A stretch of DNA of 20,973 nt from Fonticula-like sp. SCN 57-25 (lineage: Eukaryota), in NCBI GenBank assembly GCA_001724245.1, contig MEDX01000002.1, positions 62,001-82,973 of the forward strand. Direction: 5' to 3'. Below the pieces are notes generated by a model. It had not been told where the DNA came from, made no database searches, and saw only the letters and a program-made list of their open reading frames with translations. Position numbers and translations under genes: made by a program. This document shows, piece by piece, positions 10,956 to 20,485 of this stretch (its first letter is position 1; every line of letters starts with the position of its first letter).

Positions 10956-11686
10956 ATGGACGAGCTGGCGATTCTCGAGGCGGAGGCGTCCGAGTTTGAG
11001 CGCGACCGCGAGGTGGACCGCATTCTTTCGTCCTTCAAGTACAACCCTTATGATATCCTTGGCGTTGACATTAAGGTCATGACCGAAAAGTACGCTCTTT
11101 TCTCGAAACCTTTGATTCCTGTTTGACTGAACGCTGACATTCTGTTCTCGGGATTGCCAGAGAGTTCAAGTTGCTTTACCGGAAAAAGTCTCTTTTGGTT
11201 CACCCCGACAAGTGCAAACACCCTCGTGCGCAAGAAGCATTTGCAGCCCTTGCGAAAGCCAATACTGAACTCCAGGATGAGGCGCGTCGTGCCTACCTGA
11301 CATCGCTTGCCGATGACGCGCGCCGCATGACGCTCAAGGATCTTCGCCTGCACGAAGGCGACGAAGAAACGGAAAAGCCAGAGTTTATGGTCGCCGTCCG
11401 CAAGCAGATCCGCAGGATAATCGCCGAGAACGAGCTGCGTCGCCGCGAGATCTTGAAGCGCGATCTCGAGGAAGATGCGCGGCAAAAGCGCAGCTCTGAC
11501 GAGAGCGTCGCCGAGCTGCAGATGAAAAAGGAAAAGGAAAAGGCGTGGGAGCAGGGGCGCGACGAGCGCGTGTCCGACTGGCGGTCATTCCAGAACAAAA
11601 AGTTCAAGTCAAAGGCATTCAAGCCACCAAAGGTGTCGGCAGAGGACCCGGACAAGGCGTTTGTTCGCCGCGTCGCGCCCAAATAA
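10956..11686 (+). CDS. DNAJC8: J-domain protein DNAJC8/Spf31, 219 aa. Exons 10956-11089, 11161-11686
   Basis: EVDRILSSFKYNPYDILG, YRKKSLLVHPDK and WEQGRDERVSDWRSF...FKPPKV motifs; 71-nt GTACGC..CAG intron. Confidence 0.92.
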
Positions 11687-11993
11687 GCAACTATTAGCAA
11701 CATTGAATTTTTGCTTATTTTGGCTTTAATTTGCCTGTTATTAATTGCTCAATTTTCAGTTTGTTCACATATTGTACCAATAAAATTGCCCAATTCAAAG
11801 TCAAGTGGGTCATTCTCAACGCTTTTTGATGTTCTTCTCTTTCGATTTATGTTTTTTTATGGTCCAATGGCCATGTCACTTTTTTGCTCTTTATTTCCTC
11901 TATCAAATTGACACCTTTTTTATGGTTTTTACGTCAAGAATGCCGTCGGAAACATCAAACGCCCATCAACGCAAACTACCTTGCAATCATTCA

Positions 11994-12077
11994 CCGCAAA
12001 CTGCAAACCAACCCCCGCAAACTGCAAACTGACCCCCGCAATCTGCAATCTTTGCAGCAAACTGCAAAATCTCCCGC
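11994..12077. repeat. Degenerate ~21-bp tandem repeat (CCGCAAACTGCAAAC...), about 4 copies, upstream of the zinc-finger gene
   Basis: ccgcaaactgcaaaccaaccc / ccgcaaactgcaaactgaccc / ccgcaatctgcaatctttgc / agcaaactgcaaaatctc. Confidence 0.8.
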
Positions 12078-12306
12078 GTAATTCCCTATCAAATTACCCG
12101 AAGTTCCTGAACATTTTCGCGTCCAAAACGAGGGTGCGCAACACGCGAGACGACGCAGGCCTGTGGGCAAGGAAAGAGAAAAAAAAAAAGTTCATCTCGC
12201 GAGAAAACCAAACAGGGCGGGATAGGACGATCTTTGGTGTAGGTTTGTATATCTGTGTACTTTTGCGCCGTCTGGGTGGTGGACACCTGGATTTTCTCTG
12301 CCTGAC

Positions 12307-13591
12307 ATGGTACGCGCAATGGGGCATGGGCGAGATTGGGTCTTTGGGGGCGGAATGTGACTTTTGATGCCGATGAAAAATTATTCTTTTTCTGACTTTT
12401 TGTTGTCCACAGAGCATGATCAACTTTTTCCCCCAGCGCAAGCGCGTTGGCGATGACGCCCATGCCGCCGCCCCCCGCAAGCTCGTCGCCCTCGCGGCCG
12501 AATCGGCCGATCCCGCCTCGGGGCGGATGGCCGTGCGCCCGACGATTTCCGTGAGCGTGCTCGACGCGCTGTCGCCGCCGCCGCCGGCCCGCGCGCCCGT
12601 CCTCACGCCCTCGCCCGAGACCCCCACGTGGGACCTCGCCTTTGCCTCTGCCGCCGCCGCCCTGACCTCTGCCTCTGCCATGGCATCGAGTGCTTCGATG
12701 TCAGCTCTGACATCATCTTCAGTTATGACTTCTGCAATTCCGTCTGCATATTCAGCTTCTGCTTCTCCTCTGCCTTATGGATCCCCCTACGCCTCTTCGT
12801 CCTCCTCATCTACTTCGCTCGCCTCTTCCTCTTCTACCTCGCTTGCCGCGCCCACTTCGCCCCGCCGCAGCCGCCGCCTGAGCGTCGTCTCCCCCCCTTT
12901 CCCGCTCGACACGCCCGCCTCTTCCGCCTCTTCCTCCACGTCCACCTCTCCCATGGCCGCCGCCGCCGCCACCTCGGACGTGCTCGAGTGCGAGTGGGAC
13001 GGCTGCGCGCTTCGCTTCCTCCGCCACGACGATCTCACCTCGCACATCAGCGAGGTCCACGTCGGCAGCGGCCAGAGCACGTACCGCTGCCGCTGGGCTA
13101 ACTGCAAGCGCCACGCGACGGTTTTCCCTCAGCGCCAAAAAGTGATGCGCCACATTCAGACGCACACGGGCGACAAGCCGTTCAAGTGCACGACGTGCCG
13201 CCGCCGCTTCAGCGAGATGAACATTATGAAGCAGCACCTGCGGACGCACACGGGCGAAAAGCCGTACGAGTGCGACTTTTGCCCGAGCACGTTCACGATC
13301 TCGAGCGCCCTCACGATCCACCGCCGCAAGCACACGGGCGTCAAGCCGTTCGAGTGCAACGTGCCGGGCTGCGGGAAAAAGTTTGCAGAGTCGTCAAACT
13401 TGACAAAGCACCGCAGGACGCATACGGGCGAAAGGCCTTTTGCGTGTGCGTTTCCGGGATGCGACAAGCGATTCAGCCGGCCGGATCAGGTGCGACATCA
13501 CAGAAAAAATGTTTTTTTCGTGCTGTTTTTGCTCACATTCTATTAGGTGACGCGACATGCGGCCAGCGTGCATCGCGCCGCCGACAACTGA
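12307..13591 (+). CDS. Zap1/ZafA-like C2H2 transcription factor with 6 fingers, the first pair of tandem-CWCH2 type. Exons 12307-12309 (ATG only; alternative start 12416), 12413-13489, 13547-13591
   Basis: CEWDGC..H/CRWANC..FPQRQK, ISSALTIH, ESSNLTKH and RPDQ match the Zap1-family DNA-binding region. Splicing completes finger 6 (RPDQVTRHAASVH). Confidence 0.82.
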
Positions 13592-13844
13592 GCGCCCACG
13601 GGCGCCTACCTACCTGCACTGCGTATGAACAAGAGTGATGAAACGGCGGTAGCATTGGACGTTTGAGAAAACGGCAAGCCGGCTACATTAACGAAAAGGA
13701 TTGCGAGTGGCAATTCATTATTATTTTACTATTGATTTTCTTTATGAATTTGAGCATTTTGTACACACAAATGAAACAAGAGCCTTATTGAACAAGTGGC
13801 AAGATCCTTGGAAGATCCTGAAACGGAAACGACATCAGCGCATG

Positions 13845-14348
13845 CTAAGCAGAAGACTGCTTGAACTTGCTCACGTCCAGAATCTAATAAGGATATTAGC
13901 AACGGAAAAGAGCGCATTTGACGCTTTGTTTCGTACCTTTTTGCCGCACATTGAGCAGAGGCCCTGCTTGTAGGCGCATGCTGCACACGGTTGTCAGCAA
14001 CCGGCAAATGAATCTAGATGCGTACTTTGACATATCGTTCCGTGCTGTTGGTGAACCTTTTGCTTACAAAACTTGCACTTTGCTTGATATGGCGAGAACC
14101 TAGCGAGCCCACATCGCATCGTGAGCCAAGCGCGCGCCAATGCCAAATGCGGGCGTACCGTTGTGCGTGCGATTTCGTCATCATGCTGGTCGACCCCACC
14201 TTGCGCCCTCCCGATTCTGATCCAGTACACTTTTAGCAAGACCAAACCCAGCTTATGTGCTCGTACCCATCGTGTTCCTCGCCCCATCCTTCCACTTGTC
14301 CGGGCAGATCACCTTCCCCAGCTTCTTCTCACAGTCGCCGCACACCAT
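13845..14348 (-). CDS. CRIPT: CRIPT (cysteine-rich PDZ-binding protein; also a minor-spliceosome factor), 98 aa. Exons 14348-14267, 14216-14159, 14099-14026, 13980-13937, 13883-13845
   Basis: The spliced product MVCGDCEKKLGKVICPDKWKDGARNTMESGGRKVG...FSPYQAKCKFCKQKVHQQHGTICQTCAYKQGLCSMCGKKILDVSKFKQSSA follows the CRIPT pattern end to end. Four 45-59 nt GTACG..AG introns. Confidence 0.95.
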
Positions 14349-14976
14349 CGTTGGTGTTCAGTTGGGTTCAGTTGCAATGTACGCGCAAACTAATCTTCAG
14401 TTTGCATATGATCTTTCCATCCCACAATTCGCGCGCGCCGAAAATGAATGACCTCGCCTTCCAATCTTTCCCCCTTTGATCTTTGAAGAGAACTTTCCCT
14501 ATTAAAGCACCCGCTTTTACGCGACGTGGGGGGCACAGCCGCACTTTTTGTGCGGTGAACCGTCCGGTTTCGTATGACGGAGGGGGTCGTCAGCGGAAAG
14601 GAGACCGAGCCGGGTATTAATATCCGCTGCGCGGGTTGGGTGCGCCGCCCGAGGAACTCTCTTCGTAGAGTGCCTTTGAGGAGACGACGCAATGCCTGTC
14701 GCGACAACCAAACATATTCTGGAAATCAAAAGGAAAAAAAAGAGGAGAAATGGATAGTGTACGAGCCATTTTTATGCCGAAAGAGCGCTGTTAATGTGGA
14801 TTTGACGTGGAAAAGTATAGAAAAGACTCGTTTGAGTTGCTCTGTAAGGTGTAAATATGGAACTTTTCGGGCCTCGTTTTTCAAACAACACTCACTGAGC
14901 TGCTGTAAACAAAGCTGTATTCTAAAGGTATTTACATGACACAAGGAATAAATAATGCTAATGACCATAATACAAA

Positions 14977-16179
14977 TCAGCGCCTTCCTCTGTACCGCCT
15001 CGCGTCGTAGAGCGCCTCGCTCGCTGCCGTCGACGAGTCGTCCGGATGCGCATCGCCGTACATTGGCGAGTACGCCCCACCCCCCGCCATCAGCCTGTCA
15101 AACTGCGGCGACTCTATGAGCCAATCAGAAAGGCCGTCGTCGTCGTCAAAGTCGTCAAAGCGGTCGTCGTGCGAGCGCCGCCGCGTCCGCTCCTCGACCG
15201 TGCGCGACACGTCGTGCATGCGCCACTCGCCGGCGCCCGAAAGTGACCGAACGCTCACTTCGTACTGGCCGCGAATGCCACGTGTCTTGCCGTCGAGCAG
15301 CACAAAGAGGAACGACGGCGCGTCGGAGTCGGGCTGCGCGTCGTCGCCCGCGGCGGTGTTTGGCGCGACCACGTGCGAAAAGAAAAAGGAAAAAAGCGCG
15401 CGAAGAACGAAACCGGAAAGGACCGCCGCCGAGTTTTCTTTGGCGGCGGCGGCGTCGACGGCGCACCAGACGCCGACGAGGTGGCAGTGGCCGGTGGCTG
15501 GGACGGACGTGACGCACGCGAGGCGGCCGAGGGCGTCGCGGACGACGGCGCCAGAGGGTACGGACGACATTGTGAGCACGTCGGGGAGCTTGGCGAGGCG
15601 CAGCGGTTCGACTTGGAAGAGGCGAAGGCGCGCGCCGGGGACGTACGTGCACGAGCGAAGCACGAGGCAAGAGTCGCCGGCATCATCGCGCGTCGATGCA
15701 ACAAAGGCGACCGGCGGGGCGTCCGAAAAGGAGGAGAAATGGGACGCGGCGGGCGAAGACGGCGGCCACAGTGCGTACCACTGCTGTACGTGCTTGCGGA
15801 ACGACGTGCCGAGATCGCGAAAGATGGGGATCGCAAGATCGCCGCGGTCGACATGCGTCGGGCGGCGGGCCGATCCCGATGGCGCTCCGAGATCGAGGCG
15901 ATCCAGCTCGGCCGTTAGAGGGAGACGCGCACTGCGCGCCTTGCCGAGAAAGAAGGCGTTCGGGTAAGTCGCCGCGTCATGCAAGAGGAACCCCTTCAGG
16001 GCCGGCAGCACGCCAGGCTGAACAGTCAGATTCGCAGCAAAAGTCTCGGGACCAATGTCCATCGACGGGCGGTCAAAGAGGCGCTGGCCAGGAAGACGAG
16101 CGGGCGCGTCCCGCCTCGCGGAAGGCGCACCGCCGCCAGCCGTGGAGGCAGCCGGCGCCCTCGCCGTGGCCACCGACAT
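14977..16179 (-). CDS. 400-aa protein with a STIL N-terminal-like domain
   Basis: Colinear motifs versus STIL_N as I recall it: FFLG~FLLG, LDRLDLG~VDRFDPG, PTHVDRGDLAIP~PTASLPGDFLIP, VEPLRL~VKPIPI, LVGVW~LVGIW, FLFVL..QYE~FIIVL..FYE. AT-rich sequence follows the stop. Confidence 0.65.
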   Translation of the reverse strand: MSVATARAPAASTAGGGAPSARRDAPARLPGQRLFDRPSMDIGPETFAANLTVQPGVLPALKGFLLHDAATYPNAFFLGKARSARLPLTAELDRLDLGAPSGSARRPTHVDRGDLAIPIFRDLGTSFRKHVQQWYALWPPSSPAASHFSSFSDAPPVAFVASTRDDAGDSCLVLRSCTYVPGARLRLFQVEPLRLAKLPDVLTMSSVPSGAVVRDALGRLACVTSVPATGHCHLVGVWCAVDAAAAKENSAAVLSGFVLRALFSFFFSHVVAPNTAAGDDAQPDSDAPSFLFVLLDGKTRGIRGQYEVSVRSLSGAGEWRMHDVSRTVEERTRRRSHDDRFDDFDDDDGLSDWLIESPQFDRLMAGGGAYSPMYGDAHPDDSSTAASEALYDARRYRGRR

Positions 16180-16362
16180 TTCAAATGATGCTGTCAGTGG
16201 TGCGCGCAGTTGCAAGCGACCAATCAGCGACGCGGAAATCCAAAATCAACCAATCAGAATCGAGTGACCGTTACGTCCTTGGTCAATTTGATTTGCCGCC
16301 GCCGGTCCGTTGTGAGATCGGTCGGCAGATCGTTGGTACCTTTTCACTTTCCCCGCGACGCG
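16180..16362. promoter_or_regulatory. 183-bp divergent promoter with two CCAAT boxes
   Basis: Lies between the ATGs at 16179 (-) and 16363 (+). CCAATCAG at 16220 and 16250; ACGCGGAAA at 16230. Confidence 0.55.
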
Positions 16363-17086
16363 ATGCAGACCTCGCCGGAAGACACGCACTCGCTGCTTCA
16401 GGAGGCGCGCGGCGTTTTTGAGCCCGGAAATGATGTCGACACTGTGATGAGCGTGCAGCGCGCCATCACTGACATTGCCGAGGTGCGCGCTCGCCAGCTC
16501 GATGGCCTCAAGGCCACCATCCGCGGTACGCTTTTCTATGGTGTTTAAGATAACAAGCTGACTTGCGCGGCTTAGAATGGACTGCCAAGAAGAGCGTGCA
16601 GGAGGGCCGCCTTCAGGAGCGCCAATCTGTTGAGGAGCATCAGGCAAAGATGCAACAGCTCGAAGAGGAAAAGTTTGCCGCTGCCAATCTCGTGGCCGCC
16701 GCCGAGGACGAGTGCCAGTACGTCTGCTTTTTTTTTGTGTTGTTCTGACAAGAACCTTTAAAGGATGCTTGAGCGCACGGTGAAGGAGCTGACGGAAAAG
16801 CTGCAGTCTGTGCAGCGCCAGCGCGAGAGCGTCCAGCAGCTCCCGCCCGTCACGAGCGAGATCAGCATCCGCTCGCGCACGCTACTCTACAATAACATTT
16901 CGAATATTCGCTGGGACTTGCAGTCGGAGGACATCAAGGGCGGTACGCCACGATCTTTTTTCCGCTTCTATTTCTGACGCGATCGCAGTGTGCTACACGC
17001 CCGGCAAGGACATGCACCCGTTCGTGTTCAACAAGAATGAAGTTTCGCTCTATTTTGTTTCCAACTACCTCTGGGACCTTTTGTAA
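16363..17086 (+). CDS. SPC24: Kinetochore Ndc80-complex subunit Spc24, 193 aa. Exons 16363-16525, 16576-16717, 16764-16942, 16989-17086
   Basis: Coiled coil followed by LYNNISNIRWD...IKGV...HPFVF...FVSNYLWDLL. Three 46-50 nt GTACG introns with CTGAC branch points. Confidence 0.88.
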
Positions 17087-17133
17087 ATCACTCATTATAT
17101 TAGTACAGTGTCGTTTAATTGTCTTTTGTTTAG

Positions 17134-18661
17134 TTATTTTAATAGCATTTCGGACTGGAGATGTGCGAGCTTTGCCTTTGCAATGTCCACTTGGCCGGGG
17201 TCGATGGCCGGCAGCGGCAGCCGGTTGGAAGGCGGTGGCATGAGCGTGTACGTGGCCACGGGGTCTCTTATGCCGGGGCACATCAATGGTGGCAGATATT
17301 GCTCGTACTGTTCCTTGAAAGCGTCCCTTTGCCTTTCTTCCTCTATGGCATTCGTTAGGAAAGTGGCAAAAGAGTGGCGAGATATGATGAAAAGTGACAC
17401 AAAATGACACGAAAAATACGAAAAATACCACAAAACAACACCAAAACAACAGAAATTCCATCAAAATCATATCAAAAATATTACCAAAATCCACAAAATC
17501 CGTACCACTGCACAAGGCCGCGAGTTTGGCCATGAGCTGTGTCGCTGCTCCATAAATGTTTGTGTGCGCCGTGTGCCGCCTCGCAATCTCAATAATAAGC
17601 CCCTCGTACGCCTCCCTAAACAGCTGGTACCACGCAAACAGTCGGCACAGCTCGTCAATTTCAGTCTTTAATTCGGCGCCCGCCTCTGCAATAGTCGATT
17701 CAGATGCGCTGCAGGCAGTGATCATGTGACCCAAGCTCTTGATAAAGCCCATTACGTCATTAAAAAGCGACTTGTGCGCCTCAAGAAGAGCTACTTGAGC
17801 GGCAGCCATGTCTCTAATTGTCATTGCTAAAAGGTCGAGTCGGCCGACATATTCGTGCATTTCGTCGATGATTTCCGGAACGTACTTGACGCGCGCCTCA
17901 AACATGGCGAGCGATTCGGCCGCGTCGTCCGACTGCTCGCGAAGGGCGCGCACGCTCCGTGAGCCCTGCTCGTACGTTTCTATGAGTTGGTTAAGGGCGC
18001 CGGCGAGGCGCTGCGAAAGATCTTCCTGCTCGCGCTGACCGGGGCCGATCTGGTCAATGTCGCGTGTGCGTTCGGGAGAGTCGAGGCTCAGTGACGACTT
18101 TAAACGTTCCCTAAACTTGTCTACAGTGGCGTGCGTGGCGGCGGCGATTTCGCGAAGCGCGTCGGCGAGAATTTTGGCTTCGCTGCCGCACTTGGCGCTG
18201 AGCGATGCCGCCTTGTCCTTGCTTTTTTTGATGCCTTCGCTGTCGATAAAGTCGGCCAGCGAAGAGGTTGATGCCGTGCTCGATCCTAGCGGGGGGAGTT
18301 TGGGGGATCCCTGGGCGCCGGGCGGCGGGTGAAGGCCGGGGACGAGCCGCCGGCTCTGGAGCTGCTCGACGACTTCGTCGACGTCGCGGGATGCGCGATA
18401 GAGCTCATCGTGTTGGCGCGCCGCGCGGTGCATCACGTCGATGGCGCGGCGGCCGCACTGGCCCGCCATGATCGACATCACGTCAAGCTGCCGGCCTATC
18501 TCGCCGTGCAGAAAGTCGAGCTTGGGGAGGACGGCGTCGATGAGATCGGCGCTCGCCGAGCTCTCATCGGCGATCTCGCTCGCTCGGACGCACACGCCCT
18601 GGCCGAGCTGGAGCGCCCGCTTTGACACTGACAGCAGATCAACGAACCGCGTCGTGTCCAT
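17134..18661 (-). CDS. ATG17: Autophagy scaffold Atg17, 454 aa. Exons 18661-17506, 17342-17134
   Basis: Helical protein with AYEGLIIEIARR and EEERQRDAFKEQYEQYLP..CPGI motifs; 163-nt GTACGG..CTAAC..TAG intron. Confidence 0.85.
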
Positions 18662-19076
18662 CGCGGGCAAATATTGTAAAAAAGGCTCAGTAAACTAGGA
18701 AAAAAGGCGGTGTGTGCTTGGTCGTTGCTGTTCTGCTCACCTGATCGGCCCTGACGCGCTGACCGGCGAGGCAAACGATTACGTGTGCTACCCCCGACTC
18801 GCCCCCTGATTCTCAGGGGGACACACCCCGTTCCGCCCACGAGGTAGATTGTTATGCGTGCCCCCAGCATTCCCAGGAATTTCAGTGAAAACACGCCCCG
18901 TTCGAACGGCTCTCAAGCTCTGATCGCCGCGCAAAGACATCGAGTCTCTGCAGCCTGTGACGTTCAGCGCATCTCTGCACAGGAAAGGAGTATTAGCACG
19001 CGTTTGCGGATTCTGCACGTTGTCGGCGCTTCAAGTCGGCTGTTTTGAATCGCGGTTTTAGCTCTATCCCGTCGCC

Positions 19077-20432
19077 ATGGCTTTCTTGTTCAAGTCCAAG
19101 GCAAAGTCCCCGCAGGAGCTCGTCAAGAACCTGAAGGAGGCGATCCCCAAGCTCGACGAGCCCAAAAACGCGCCCAAGGTACGCTGGCTTGCCTGTCTTT
19201 TCTCTCTTTCGCGCCTGCGGCGTCTCGTCTTCTTGAAGATCTGGTGCTAAGCATATGCTCGTAGGTCTCGGAGGACATTTCAAAGAACCTCGTCTCCATG
19301 AAGCTCGTTCTTTGCGGCGATGCTGGTGCGCACCGCTTTATTTGCTGTCCTTTTCCCTTGTATTTGTCATGCTGATCTGTTTTCTTTTTCCCTCCTTTTT
19401 CCTCGCTTGCGTCATTTTCCATCAGACAATGAGCCGTCTCCCGAGCTTGTCGCTCAGCTCGCGCAGGAGGTCTACAGCGCGGATCTGTTGCCTCTCCTTG
19501 CCCAGAACCTCGGCAAGCTCGAGTTTGAGGCGAAGAAGGACGTTGCGCAGATCTTTAGCCACCTTCTGCGCCGCCAGATCGGCACGCGCTCGCCAACGGT
19601 GGAGTACCTCGTCACGCGCGAGCAGGTCCTCAGCGACCTCGTCAAGGGGTGCGTCCACTGCTGGCCCAAAGCCACGTGCTTATCTTTGCTCTATCTAACG
19701 TGCTGTGCTTGCCGCTGCTTAGATATGAGAACCCTGATATTGCTCTTAACTGCGGCATGATCCTTCGCGAGGCGATCCGCCACGAGGCGCTCGCCAAGCT
19801 GATCCTGTACTCGCCCGTCTACTACAACTTTTACGACTACGTTGAGCTGAGCACATTCGACGTTGCCTCGGACGCCTTTACGACGTTCAAGGAGCTCATG
19901 ACGAAGCACAAGGTGATCGTGGCCGACTTTTTGCACGCAAAGTACGACGAGGTCTTTGCAAAGTACACTGGCCTCCTCAATTCGTCAAACTACGTCACCA
20001 AGCGCCAGTCCATCAAGGTATGGCGACGCTTTTTTGTTGCTTTTTCTCGTGTATCTAACGCGATCAACGCAGCTGCTTGGCGAGATCCTGCTCGACCGCG
20101 CCAACTTTAAGGTGATGACCATCTACATCAGCAACCCCGACAACCTCAAGCTCATGATGAACTTGCTGCGCGACAAGAGCCGCAACATTCAGTTTGAGGC
20201 CTTCCACGTCTTCAAGGTGTTTGTCGCCAACCCGAACAAGGTCAAGCCGATCTCGGACATTCTCATCAAGAACCGCGAGCGGTTGCTGACCTTCCTCGGC
20301 GGCTTCCACAACGACCGCCAGGGTACGATATCACATTCTCTGCAAACTGCAAACTGACAGTTATTCTTAGACGACGAGCAGTTCAACGAGGAAAAGTCGT
20401 TCCTCATGCGGCAAATTCAGGAGATGGAGTAG
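19077..20432 (+). CDS. CAB39: Mo25/CAB39/Hym1, 330 aa. Exons 19077-19178, 19265-19325, 19426-19648, 19723-20017, 20073-20322, 20371-20432
   Basis: [76 protein letters not shown] and DDEQFNEEK; spliced frame intact. Confidence 0.97.
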
Positions 20433-20485
20433 GCGTTGGGGGATCATGCATTTCTCATTCATGGATGTATTCTCGGCGCTCTACC

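Noticed and set aside
10947-10957. ACCTTGAAGAT, one mismatch from the Zap1 ZRE (ACCTTNAAGGT)
   Set aside because: It overlaps the DNAJC8 start codon, has no zinc-related target and is ~1.3 kb from the Zap1-like gene; likely chance.
11053-11060. ATATCCTT, a U12-type donor look-alike (also near the 3' end of CRIPT intron 4)
   Set aside because: It lies within conserved DNAJC8 coding sequence with no matching U12 branch point or acceptor.
14390-14769. Possible 111-aa spliced ORF on the minus strand (ATG 14769, 44-nt intron 14762-14719)
   Set aside because: The donor GTACAC lacks the +5G seen in every other intron, the product is unrecognisable, and it runs over the likely CRIPT promoter.
15046-16421. 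Long plus-strand and alternative-frame ORFs over the STIL-like gene, and similar ones over other GC-rich exons (e.g. 50-643, 5822-6418, 12806-13333)
   Set aside because: Shadow ORFs caused by high GC content and codon bias; no recognisable motifs.
18733-18756. TCAGGGCCGATCAGGTGAGCAG (minus strand) resembling SRP RNA helix 8
   Set aside because: The loop is not GNRA, there is no Alu or helix 6 signature, and there is too little 3' sequence before the T-run.
18899-18909. GTTCGAAC resembling a tRNA T-loop or B-box
   Set aside because: No cloverleaf or A-box; it is just a short palindrome.
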